Positions 1 through 11,877 of a stretch of DNA of 64,000 nt are shown one piece after another. A program made the position numbers and the translations under genes. The notes below the pieces were generated by a model, which made no database searches, was not told where the DNA came from, and saw only the letters and a program-made list of their open reading frames with translations. Each line of letters opens with the position of its first letter. Position 1 is the stretch's first letter. The DNA comes from Eledone cirrhosa. Its lineage: Eukaryota. The stretch covers positions 80,848,001-80,912,000 of the forward strand of contig OZ024744.1 of NCBI GenBank assembly GCA_964016885.1, in the 5' to 3' direction.

Positions 1-112
1 ATGTCAAATTCGAATGAAAGCAGCGAGCATGTTTTGATTTTATTAGCTGATGCATGTTAACTTAAGTTGGTTTGACTAGAAAAAGAGGAATATATATATG
101 AAATATAGAAAT

Positions 113-158
113 GGCTTCTACAGGACTATAACTTTTTCATTCGGAGGAAATCATCAGG
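113..158 (-). ncRNA. Hammerhead ribozyme motif, family A (5' strand of stem I truncated by inversion)
   Basis: Minus strand reads CTGATGA-tttc ctcc gaat-GAAA-aag..ctg-TA-gaagcc. Confidence 0.5.
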
Positions 159-209
159 GCTTTCCTGATAATTTCCTCCGAATGAAACGGTTCTAGTCCT
201 GTAGAAGTC
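158..209 (+). ncRNA. Hammerhead ribozyme motif, family A, G8A mutated core
   Basis: ggctttc-CTGATAA-tttc ctcc gaat-GAAA-cgg ttctagtc ctg-TA-gaagtc. Stem I ggc(t)ttc/gaagtc. Confidence 0.5.
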
Positions 210-432
210 ATTTCTATATTAAATATTTACACTCTGCTATATATTGAGTACCTTACTTACTGTGGTTACCCCCGATTGAACCCCGGATCACATATATTTA
301 TATTTGTAGTGAGGTTGCTTGGATGCATCCATAGGTGGTATGCCAGTTGAGCACTCTATGCTCCTTCAGAGCAGAGTATAATAATAATATGGAAAACGAA
401 GAATCAGTGATGCATCGGAACACAATTTATTA

Positions 433-525
433 ACGTATTACAATTGTTTCTCCCACGAACAGCTCGAGGTGCGATCTGTTTGTGGATCAAACCTGACTCT
501 GGATTCGCAAGTTCCTCAGATACGT
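433..525 (-). ncRNA. Type I hammerhead ribozyme with long stem II
   Basis: Minus strand: stem I ACGTAT/ATACGT, core CTGAGGA, stem II CTTGCGAAT...GTTCGTGGG, GAAA, palindromic stem III ACAATTGT, GUA site. AATAAA immediately downstream (426-431). Confidence 0.75.
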
Positions 526-597
526 CTAGTGACTTCAAAGCAAATCCTCTGTCTGAACAGACAGAGGATCGCACCTTGAACATAATACAAACACACA

Positions 598-695
598 CAT
601 GGTGTCCCAAAAAATGTATACACACTTAAACCGCATTCTAATAAATATTGTCTGTACAGGTAATCAAAATGTGTATACATTTTTTTTTGGGGGGG
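598..695. mobile_element. Tc1/mariner-type MITE remnant
   Basis: ggtgtcccaaaaaatgtatacac ... gtgtatacatttttttttggg inverted ends. Confidence 0.45.
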
Positions 696-705
696 GGGGG
701 GGGGC

Positions 706-748
<43 letters not shown>

Positions 749-825
749 GAGAGAGAAAGATATGCGGTGTGTGTGTGTCTGTATAGTAGTTGTGAACGAC
801 CAGCACCACAAACTTTCTTCGATAC

Positions 826-2664
826 ATTTTCATCATCATCATCATCATCATCACCGTTTTACGTCCGTTCTTCCACGCTAGCATGGGTTAGACGGGTTGT
901 CCTGTTGTGGGCAGTGTCTGGTCGGCTGACCATGCCTTGCTCATACAGGAACTGATCTGGCTTGATTTCTACAGCTGGATGCCCTTCCTAACACCAACCT
1001 CATTTACAGTGAGTGCTGGGTGCTTTTTCGTGGCGCCTACACGTCCACTTTACAGTGTGGGCTGGGTGCTTTTTTGCCGTGGCACCTCCACGACCACCTT
1101 GCGGTGGGGGGGGGGGGGGGCATATTGTTTATATGCTTCAGCATGTACCCATGGGAGGTCGGGTACCCTGTATTACTGCGTGACGCCAGAAGTCACGGTC
1201 GTGTGTCATTGACTTTGAGAGGTGTAGTTGGGTAAGGTCGGCTTTTATCACCTCATCCCAAGTCATCTTGGGTCTCCCCACTCCGCGGTTTCCATCAACT
1301 TCTAGTGCTCTGCACCTTTTTATGCAGCTGTCATCCTTCATACGCATCACATGTCCATACCAGCGTAACCGCCTCTCCTGCACGCAGCATTTGATTCCTC
1401 TTATGCTCAGTCTCTCTCTCAATTCATTTATGCTTTGTCGTTCACGTATATTACTGTTACACATCCATCGGAGCATGCAGGCTTCGTTTCTCTCTAATCT
1501 ACGTAAGTCTTCCACCTTCAGCGCCCAGGTCTCACTACCATGCAACATCGCTGTTCGGATACACGCATCATACAGTCTGCCTTTCATTCTGAGGGAGAAG
1601 CCTTTTGCAGCTAGCAGTGGTAGTAGTTCCCTAAACTTCTTCCATCCCGTTCTTACCCTAGTTATTGTACTTTCTGAGCACCCACCTCCGTTGCTAATTC
1701 GGTCACCTAGGTAGCAGAAGCTGTCTACTGTTTCTACAGGGCCCTCCCAGAGATTGGTGGTACTTGTTTCCTGTGGCTGTTTGCTTGCTGTTTCAGCACA
1801 GCTGCTGCATGTGAATCCTACATTCTTAATTAAGCTTCCTGAGATCCCGCTACATCTCTTGTGTACCCATTGTTTGCATTTGGGGCAAAGAATGGAGTTC
1901 CTACCTACACCTTTCCTACATACTGAGCAAGGCCATTTCCCTGAGGGGATCTGGGTTCTGTTTTCTCGTCTACTTATAAGGACCTTAGTCTTTGTCATGT
2001 TGACTTTGAGGCCCTTTCTCTCTAGTCCCTGCTTCCAGGTTTGGAATTTATTCTCTAGTTCTACCATAGATTCAGCTATGAGTGCGAGCTCATCAGCATA
2101 CAGGAGTTCCCATGGGCATCCGGTCTTAAACTCCTCCGTTATTGCCTGCAGGACTATGATGAACAGGAGAGGGCTAAGAACAGAGCCCTGGTGGACCCCA
2201 ACCTGTACGCTAAATTCCTCGCTATACTCATTGCCAATCCTAACTTTGCTGACTGCTCCCCTATACATGGCTTGTACCGCTTTCACAAGCCATTCATCTA
2301 CTCCTAGTTTTCTAAGAGCCCACCAGATTACTGCACGTGGAACTCTGTCAAAGGCTTTCTCAAGGTCGACAAATGCCAAGTAGAGTGGCTTACTTTTAGC
2401 TAGGTACTTTTCCTGTAATTGCCTCACAAGGAAGAGCGCATCAGTGGTGCCTTTCCCTGGAACAAACCCAAATTGCATCTCGTCTATATTCACCCGGTCC
2501 CTAATCAGCTGTGCTATAACTCTTTCTGTTACTTTCATGACCTGGTCCATCAACTTTATACCTCTATAGTTTCCTCTATCTAGTGCATCGCCTTTACCTT
2601 TGTAGCAGTTGACAATGATGCTACTGCACCAATCTTTTGGTATGGCCCCCTCTAGTATTACCTG
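826..2664 (-). mobile_element. 5'-truncated RTE-clade LINE (RT, C-terminus, 3' UTR, (ATG)n tail)
   Basis: ORF 1138..2553 has RT motifs QFGF, FVDLEKAFD, GVHQGSVLSPLLF and YADE, then YLG and the RTE C-terminal RRLRWYGHV and GRPKMTW. The 3' UTR and tail match those of the copy at 18800-20925. Confidence 0.93.
1138..2553 (-). pseudogene. Reverse transcriptase ORF (RTE LINE), catalytic YADD changed to YADE, contains C4HC3 PHD-like finger
   Basis: 471-aa ORF translation. The sister copy has YADD at about 19661-19672. Confidence 0.85.
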
Positions 2665-2973
2665 ATAGAATTTCTTCTGTCGTCAGTAAATATCTCAACA
2701 AGCATGGTGCCATACAGTCCATATCACATCCTTTAGTTTAATTTAATTTTTTATTCTTTTCGGTTTCAAAGATGGTGGATTATTACTAAACCTATTTACA
2801 GTGTGACAACAAATCAAGGGGACCTATTCTTTTGTTACAAGGTCAACACGTGTTTCTTACTATCAAATTATGTTTTTAAATGACAAGAGCAAGAGAAATG
2901 AAGAAAAGCAACAAGAGAAAATACGGAATGTCAGAATTAAAAGCAATCTTTTCTAAACTATTATGGCCGTAAA

Positions 2974-3159
2974 GGGGCATTGAATTGGCAGTATCAGTAG
3001 AGGGTCGGACACCATGCTTTCCAGCATAGTTACGTCCCTTTACGGTCTGAGTTCAAATCTCGTTGAGGTTAAACTTTGCCTTTCATCCTTACGGAGTCGA
3101 TAAAATAAAGTACCAGTAATGTACTGGGTTATTGCTGGCCTTGTGCCAAAAGTAGAAAC
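2974..3159 (+). mobile_element. tRNA-derived SINE (family 1) with 18-bp TSD
   Basis: A/B-box-like head (tggcagtatc..gagttcaaatc) and conserved core ctttgcctttcatcctt..gtcgataaaataaagtaccag. TSD aactattatggccgtaaa at 2956-2973 and 3160-3177. Confidence 0.85.
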
Positions 3160-3251
3160 AACTATTATGGCCGTAAACTCAAACGAAAATTATGAACACA
3201 ATAAAAAAACAATAGAAATACGTCAAATGAATGTCATCATATATATATATA

Positions 3252-4007
3252 TCTGTATATATATAAAGACGAAGTTTTCTGTATGTGTGTATGTGGACAA
3301 TTTTTAATGAGGGCTCATATATTCTAAACCATTCATGCAATTTCTTTGAAATTTTTTACAGAGCTTCTCCTTGCACAAAACCTGTACATGATCTACAAAG
3401 GCTTTCAAAAATCGATATTGGGGCCTTTGGAGACATTAAAAAAGTTTCGGTTATTTGTGTGAATTTTCGTGATTAAGTAAGACAAGAGTTATCTTTAAGT
3501 AAGACAAGAGTTATCTTTCGTAATTCGGCTCATTAGGATTTTATTTTACTCTTTGTACTTGAAACAAAAGCTACGCTTCCTTGAGACTAACAATATCATT
3601 TTGTATATTTCACAACCAGCAATTTCTAACATTACCAAGTTAAGTTATAGATTTGACATTGTATAATTTATCGTTTCAAGATTGATGTTCATACATTAAG
3701 TGATGTCATAACTTTTAAAATATTATGTTTTGTACATAATAGTGTCTATTATTCACTTCACTTCTCTATTTCATGATGCGTTTTTACTGTTGTCAAAAAA
3801 TTGTATACCTAGACTGGATTTCTGTTGTTACATGGTATAACGGATGACACCGAGCTCACATATCAATTATTTCGCTGGAATAGTGCCTAAGGTTTTCATG
3901 TTTACATAAAGTACGTTTTTCTTCTATGTATTCAAATTTACTTTGTTTAGTTTAAAGAGCTACATCGAAAGCTACTTGAACCGTCCAAAGGACGGGTAGT
4001 TTAGCTA

Positions 4008-4008
<1 letters not shown>
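3252..4008 (+). mobile_element. Non-autonomous Helitron-like element
   Basis: 5' TC(tgtatatatataaag) followed by (tgta)n. 3' hairpin ccgtcc-aaa-ggacgg followed by CTAG at 4005-4008. Confidence 0.6.
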
Positions 4009-4047
<39 letters not shown>

Positions 4048-4231
4048 TAGTTCTTTCGTTACTTTGGTATTGTGTGTTAGATTTTGCCTACCACAATGTT
4101 CAATTTGTCAAACTATTTAAACGTATGTTATTACTCTGAGGACCTACCTTGTCGAGTGCTTTGCTAACTCATTCATATCGTAGGTCGAATTTGCTTGCAC
4201 ACCGCCAAAGATTCGATTTTACTAAGCCTCC

Positions 4232-4297
<66 letters not shown>

Positions 4298-4427
4298 CAG
4301 TTGCTTATCACTTTACTGTATCGGCCGTCACAAAAAGTCATAGCCGGCAGGCCGTCACAAAAAGTCATAGCCGGCATGGGCTGGGGTTTGGATTCTGTCG
4401 ATCGATTGGTTATTGAAGCCACATACG

Positions 4428-4537
4428 CCGATTGATGAAGCCACATACGCCGATTATGCATTGTTGCATAATATATGCAGACAGAGGGTGCAGTGCACCC
4501 TATTGCTGCATTAAGTGTGGCCGAAACTCGATTCCGG
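4428..4537 (+). ncRNA. Degenerate hammerhead with multibranched stem II
   Basis: TTGATGA-a-GCCACAT...GTGTGGC-c-GAAA-CTCGAT-TC-CGG. Internal hairpins attatgca/tgcataat and agggtgc/gcaccct. Confidence 0.45.
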
Positions 4538-4705
4538 GAACTACTATAGGCACCCGTTTTACGTGTGTTGTATTGAAGCGAATAACTATGTGTATACTCT
4601 GGGAATGTATCCTACATTACCTATTGAGTACGCTGAGATACAACCGGTCCTGGCATTGATAAATATGCTGGGTCTGTCAACTCCTTATTAGAGAGAGAGA
4701 GAGAT

Positions 4706-4757
4706 GACTTCTACAGGACTAGAACTGTTTCATTCGAAGGAAATCACCAGGAAAGCC
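4706..4757 (-). ncRNA. Hammerhead ribozyme motif, family A (A6G core mutation)
   Basis: Minus strand reads ggctttc-CTGGTGA-tttc cttc gaat-GAAA-cag ttctagtc ctg-TA-gaagtc. Confidence 0.55.
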
Positions 4758-5669
4758 CTATAGAAGCCATTTCTTTATTAAATGTTGTATATACTCTATG
4801 TATTGAGTACCTTACTTACTGTGGTTTCCCCCGATTGAACCTGGGACACACACACACACACACAATCATCATCAACCATCCGCTAGACCCTCTTCCAGCT
4901 ATATCAAGCCTTAACCTAATTAATATACACCTTCCATATACTGTACCGGTTGTGTTGTTATTTCTGTTTACCTTTTATATACATATATATATATTTCCAA
5001 AAGAAACAAATAATGTTTCAACTATTTAATAAAGGTTTCTACTTTAGGCACAAGGCCAGTAATTTTGGGGCGAGAGGAAAGTCGATTAATCGACCCCAAT
5101 GCGTTACTGGTGCTTTATTTTATCAGCCCCGTAAAGATGGTAAACTTTTCTATAAAATAATATATTTAACAAAGACAGCACTGAGCCACTGTTGTAGATA
5201 TAAATAAATAAGTACACCAAATTTTTATTTATTTATTTATTTATTTATTTATTTTTTTTTTTTTAGAGTTATCCAGGATTTCTTGTTCGTTGACACTCTT
5301 ACTGCTGCCGTTATGAATATAAAAAGAAGGATTGCCAGATAAGAATTCATACTCTAAATCACACAACCAACCATTATAAAAGCTACTACATAAAACGATA
5401 GAGTGTCGTTTTATGTATCTACACTTTTTGACAAGTTCACACATTGCTTGGTTAGTTGGTTGGTAGGTGACAACTATCATATAAACTGTCTGATTATTAA
5501 ACAATAAATACTTAAATGTTATTGTTATGAATTAAGAAATTAAATCAAAATGTATCAATCACATACACATTAAAATCATCCGTTATTGTATAACAACAAA
5601 AAAAGATACATTTGCAGAGTAGTTTTAAATCTGAATTTATCCTCATCCAGTAATAACAACAATAATAAT

Positions 5670-6050
5670 GGTTTTTCATTTAGGCACAAGGCCAACAATG
5701 TTGGGGGAGGGGGGGGGGTCGATTAAATCGATCCTAGTGCGTTACTGGTACTTTATTTTATCGACTCCGTAAGGATGTAAGGCAATAATAATCATCATAA
5801 TAATAATTAGTATTATTGTTGTTATTTATTTACAATTTTTTTTCTACTTTGGGCACAAGACCAGCAATTACTCGAGTGCATTACTGGTACTTTATTTCAT
5901 CGACCTTTTAAGGATGAAAGGTGAAGTTGATCTCAAATAATCGTTTCTACTTTAGGCACAAGGCCAGCAATTACCCAGTGCATTACTGGTACTTTATTTT
6001 ATCGACCCCCGTAAGGATGAAAGGCAAAGTCAACCTCGGCCGGTTGAATC
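5670..6050 (-). mobile_element. Cluster of three partial SINE family 1 3' halves
   Basis: Repeated aggcacaaggccagcaa..ttactggtactttattttatcgac..aaggatgaaagg. Confidence 0.75.
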
Positions 6051-6246
6051 TCAAATAATGATAACAAATCAGTTTATTTCATTATTTCTAAGTTCAACAG
6101 ACGGCATTTGTTATTTATAATTCATTTTCACTCACTGAATTTCTCTCCCACTAACTGACAATTCGACTATTTACATCATATAAATAAATCTACCATCCTA
6201 ATCAAGCTTATGATTTATTTATTTTTAGGCGTAGCGTATTTATGTG

Positions 6247-6295
<49 letters not shown>

Positions 6296-7380
6296 TGCAT
6301 ACATACATAGTGGAAGCCGTGTATTGTGATCATTTTGGGACAAAACATTTTCTACAAAGTCCGTGATTTATCAACAAATTTCACTGTGTGTACATACACA
6401 CACATATATATATACATACATACACATATGTGTACGATATATATATATACATACATACATACAGAGACATATAGAGATATAAATAAAAAAGCTTTATAAA
6501 TAAGCGAATAGAGGGTGTATATATAGTTACGAAGGCGAAGGTGTATATAAGCAAAGGGGTATGCAATAACGGTTAACATCCCTCCCACGAGTTGAGGATA
6601 TCAAACGCGAATGTTTAGTCAATCAAGGGAACAAAAGTATGTAAATATATCCACATGATTATATTACTATACTATACTTTAATAACGAAAGGGTTGAGAA
6701 ATGCTGCCGACTAAAACATAAACAATCGTTATAACATTTATAATATTGTCACCAATAAATTTAATGTTGTTCACAACTTAAAAAGTGAAACGTGTCCAAT
6801 TATTATATGATGTACTCTTTCTTGTTCACACTTGGAATGGAACCAAATTATACACACACAAGACACACACACACAATACAGACACACACACACAATACAC
6901 AGACACACAATACATAGACACACACACACAATACATAGACACACAAACACACATATATACTTTTAGATAGACACATACACGCACAATAAACAATACACAG
7001 ACACACACACACACATATATATACTTTTACATACACACATATATACATACGTTTAAGGCATTAATGTGTGTAATTGCTTCTTAGTGTGTATGTGTAATTT
7101 TTGGAAAAACGATGTCTCCGAGATGTAAATAAAGAAAATAGAATTTAGATACTATAAATAAGAATAAATGAAAAAATAAATGATTAAGAGTTTGGATTGC
7201 CAAAAAATATTTAAAAACAAAAAGAAGACAATCGCGAATCTTTAAATAATAATGTGAATCTTACTTTATAGCAAAACTAAATCTCAAAAACAAAGAAAAA
7301 GTAGGAGCGGCATGAGAAAAACAATACGCGTTTATAGAGGAGAAATAAGCAAAAACGACACACACACAAATACACACATG

Positions 7381-7473
<93 letters not shown>

Positions 7474-8210
7474 AGAGACGACAAATTGACAGTGAACAAA
7501 AAAAATTTAAATTGACAGTGATAAAAAAAATTTAATATATGTTGATGTTATAATGATACTCACAAAACTGGTCCGTTTTTTGTCCATTTTTGTTTGTATA
7601 TATGTGTCGATAATATATAATTTTCTATTTTATTTTCCTTTAAAAATAAGAACAACCTAATTGTATTAAAGAAAATCTGGTCCTATTTATACTGTTATAC
7701 TTGCGCCATTTTAACATAATAACCAATCAAATGACATCTCTTATCCACCCAACGACCACTCATATCACGTGTTATATGACTGTATTTTTTTTTATTCAGT
7801 AGTACTATTATTATGTAATTATTGATATTTTTTCTTTATTATTTCTTTATTATTATTTCCGTTATTGTGACCAGAATAGCATTATCACATTTGTTATTTT
7901 ATTTTTATTTTCATTTTTTATTAGGTGGAGTCTAAAAGAAATAGAAAAAAAGCTATTATAATACATTGGGGGTATAAAATTACATTATGTCAGAATTGGC
8001 TCTTAGAAGAGTTGCATGTTTTCCGTTTGGTGAAGGTCTTTTTTCTAGATTAATAATAATTGAAAAAGAATGTGGATTGAAATATTTACGAAAAGGCAAA
8101 TCAAGGAAATTAATTTCTCAGATACATGATCCGCGTGAAAAACAACAGCTAAGTTAGTGTTAACATATCTAATATGGTGAGAATAAAAAAATCTAATAAG
8201 AAATATTTGT

Positions 8211-8212
8211 CG

Positions 8213-8256
<44 letters not shown>

Positions 8257-8276
8257 TTCACCACCACCACTACCAC

Positions 8277-8346
<70 letters not shown>
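8211..8346. repeat. (CAT)n/(CAC)n microsatellite
   Basis: Direct inspection. Confidence 0.95.
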
Positions 8347-8349
<3 letters not shown>

Positions 8350-8399
8350 TTTTTGATTATGCAGGACACAGTTAATCCCTAAGTAGAGGTGGGTCCTGC

Positions 8400-8600
8400 A
8401 TGATAGTACTCCTTAGTGTCCCGCTCCATGTGTTTCTGTCCTTTTTTGTCTTTCTAGGGCTCTACTGCCTCATGGATCGACATTCATCACATTACTGATC
8501 CAGCCCTCACTGTGCTCAACATGGCCATACCAGTGCATGCGTCCTCGTGTGAAGCACATCCTCGAGGTTGTTGATCAGCAGAAGAAAAGTCCACATTAGC
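8400..8600 (-). mobile_element. Decayed RTE LINE 3' coding fragment
   Basis: Minus-strand translation includes GRMHWYGHVEH. Confidence 0.5.
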
Positions 8601-8917
8601 TCAATGGCTTATATTGTTTCAGTAATTTCAGTAAATATGGGAGATAACTGTGTACATATTTCAGTGATACTAAACCTTGCAATATTTGCTGAGGCAGTGA
8701 TGGAAGAATCATCATCATCATCATCATCATTGTTTACCGTCTATATTCCACACTAGCATGGGTAGGACGGCTGCCCCTTTGTGAGGGATCTGGTCAGAGG
8801 ACCATGTTTTGCTCAGGCAGGGCTGATTTCAGCTTGGTTTCTACGGATGGATGCCCTTCCTAATGCCAACCACATTTACAGAGTGTACTGGGTGTTTTTT
8901 GTCGTGACATCTACAAA

Positions 8918-9750
8918 ACCACTTTACAGTGTGGACTGGGCACTTTTTGTCATGACACCTACATGACCACTTTACAGTGTGGACTGGACGCTTTTGACTT
9001 GACACATACATGACCATTTTACAGTGTGGGCTGGGCACTTTTGACTTGACACAAACATGACCATTTTACAGTGTGGGCTGGGCACTTTTGACTTGACACA
9101 AACATGACCATTTTACAGTGTGGGCTGGGCACTTTTGACTTGACACAAACATGACCATTTTACAGTGAGGGCTGGGCACTTTTGACTTGACACATACATG
9201 ACCATTTTACAGTGTGGGCTGGGCACTTTTGACTTGACACAAACATGACCATTTTACAGTGTGGGCTGGGCACTTTTGACTTGACACATACATGACCATT
9301 TTACAGTGTGGGCTGGGCACTTTTGACTTGACACAAACATGACCATTTTACAGTGTGGGCTGGGCACTTTTGACTTGACACAAACATGACCATTTTACAG
9401 TGAGGGCTGGGCACTTTTGACTTGACACAAACATGACCATTTTACAGTGTGGGCTGGGCACTTTTGACTTGACACATACATGACCACTTTACAGTGTGGA
9501 CTGGACGCTTTTGACTTGACACATACATGACCATTTTACAGTGTGGGCTGGGCACTTTTGACTTGACACATACATGACCATTTTACAGTGTGGGCTGGGC
9601 ACTTTTGACTTGACACATACATGACCATTTTACAGTGTGGGCTGGGCACTTTTGACTTGACACATACATGACCATTTTACAGTGTGGGCTGAGCACTTTT
9701 GACTTGACACATACATGACCATTTTACAGTGAGGGCTGGGCACTTTTGAC
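8918..9750. repeat. 47-bp minisatellite (about 17 units) inside an RTE 3'-UTR-related repeat (about 8710-9960)
   Basis: Unit accattttacagtgtgggctgggcacttttgacttgacacaaacatg, period 47 (for example 9011 to 9058). Confidence 0.95.
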
Positions 9751-11264
9751 ATGGCTCCAGAGGAACTAATTTATGGTGTGGGATGGGGACTTGGAGGGTG
9801 GAGAAGAAGCTTGGGGAAATTGAGAACATAAGTATAAGGGAGAGATGGTTGCTGCAGGTGAGGTGTATGGGAGGGCAGATGGTAGGGGAAGGTGTCGCCT
9901 ACTAGATATATGCCTCAGCTTTAGCATATGTTAGGGCAGGTCTTCTGTACAATATCCTACATGAGTAAGCATGAAACATTTGCATATTAAAAAAAAATGG
10001 TTGCCATCATCATCATCTTCCACGCTAGCATGAGTTAGACAGTTTGGTTCCACTTGATACAGGATTGGTCGGGAGACCGTGTCTCACTCGTACAGAACTG
10101 TCCCTGGCAGGTTTTCTACGTCTGGATGCCCTTCCTAACATCAACCTCTTTTACAGTGTGGACTGGGAGCCTTTTTACCGTGTCTCCTACACAACCACTT
10201 TACAGTGTGGACTGAATGCTTTTTGTTGTGTCACCGACACTGTGGACAGAAATGGGAGGATGGAGTAGGGATTTATGGGGTGGGGTGTATATTGGGTTAA
10301 GAGGTGCCTACTGACTGTAGGTTTGTATGCAAGGGAAGGCGGATCTTCTGTACAACTGCATGGCACCAATGATCTCGATCCAGTGGCATTGTCTTAGAGA
10401 GGTGTAAATGAAAAACAATAGTAAGTTCAGAGTTAGTATATTTAATGTAGGGTGCATGAGGGCTAGTGCTAAGCAGTGCTGAAGAAGACCTGACCAGCAA
10501 CATATAATGTGGCCTGCCCCTCCCTTTCCACCACCACTCACTAACAACTATCCACACCACCACTACACCCCCACACATGCACTGCACACACACACCTCAT
10601 GTCCCCACCCAACACACATTCCTAGCTGCTGCCCATTATGGAGTGGTTGGTGATGAGAAGGACATCTAGCCATGGAGGGCTTGCTAAACAAAGGGTTGGG
10701 AGGACCCTTCAGTCATATCAAGGACAGGACAATCTCTTTAGTGATGGTGATCTACACAATAAATGCACCCAGTACACTCTGTAAAGTGCTTGGTGATAGG
10801 AAAGGCATCCAACCATAGAAAGTTTGTGGGAGAGCCCTACAGTTGTGTCAAGACAATAGCCCCCCTAGTGTTTGGTGATCTACACAATAAACATATTAAG
10901 TACATGCTGTAAAGTGGTAGGTGATGGGAAGAGCATCCAGCCATAGAAAGCTTGCCAAACAAAAGGTCAGGAGAACCCTTCAGTTGTGTCAAAGACATGA
11001 CAATCTCTCCTGTGCAATCAGTAGAATGTGAGACCATACATAAGTGAGACTACAGATCCCTGGCTTGTCTGTGAGATCAGTAGCCACCGCTGTAATACTG
11101 ACTTGGTCTATGTAGACCCATCTAACCCTCGCTAACAGGGTAAGTGGACGTTAAAACATTGATGATGATGATGATGAAACAATGTTGTCTTTTCTTCACT
11201 ACATAATTATCTTGAATTAGATTTTAAATGTTCACTACAGTAGATATATAATGGAATACACCTA

Positions 11265-11877
11265 TGTTTTACCGGCGAAGATTCCAAACCGAATCTGAGG
11301 TTTCTTGCCTCTAAGATCACCCATTATTGGAAGTTCCCACAATCGCCCTGTCAAGAAACTGGTATGATAAACGTACATACCAGTTGACCTGTGACCCCAG
11401 CTTGTAGACAGGGGAAACACAGATGGCTGATCATAAATCAACCTCATATACACATCATTCTACCTATAGCATTATTATAAATACAAGGACTTTGGGAACC
11501 CAGCAGCCAGAGACTACGAAGCAAGCAGTCCGTGTTAAGGTTAACGATGTAGCAGACCTTTTACTCTTTCTCTCAGCCATAGACACAGCCAGACAGCCAG
11601 ACATGAACCAGCAGTCCTTGAGACGAATAACGTATTCTAAGAATAAACACACATAGTAAGTTTCATCTATTCTTCTGTCTTCTTGTTGCATCACTTATAT
11701 CGTATCATTGTGTTGATACATGCATGCACACTAGCTCAAAGTAGCTTGCCAGCAAATTAATGTAGCGATAAATTCTGTCACATATTGTTATTGTAAAATA
11801 AACATTGTCAACATCACCATCATGGCATTATTCTTTTCATCAAACACCCATCAAAGAATAACATTCAACCCACTACA
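11265..11877 (+). mobile_element. Possible solo LTR
   Basis: Begins TG, ends CA, AATAAA about 80 nt before the end, composition distinct from flanks. No clear TSD. Confidence 0.3.

Larger units (their letters stand above)
102..295. mobile_element. Short non-coding Penelope-type/retrozyme-like insertion (family A) with inverted 5' segment; about 119-bp imperfect palindrome at 102-220
   Basis: Arm 102-158 is the reverse complement of about 164-220. The 3' tail (ttgagtaccttacttactgtggtt..cccgattgaacc) recurs at about 4765-4845. Flanked by (TA)n. Confidence 0.6.

Noticed and set aside
1268-2383. Plus-strand ORFs of 148 and 209 aa (and similar ones at 28471, 31539, 55608)
   Set aside because: Antisense shadows of LINE ORFs.
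2665-2730. Minus-strand CTGACGA..GAAA and a Cys-rich peptide CDMDCMAPC
   Set aside because: No stem II. The reading frame has an upstream stop and only a weak acceptor.
4136-4190. CTGAG-GACCTAC...GTAGGTC-GAAT, hammerhead-like 7-bp hairpin
   Set aside because: Core is two bases short, GAAA is broken, and no stem I or III could be assigned.
8918-9750. Regular repeat array resembling CRISPR (also 50398-51185)
   Set aside because: No unique spacers, eukaryotic context, no cas genes.
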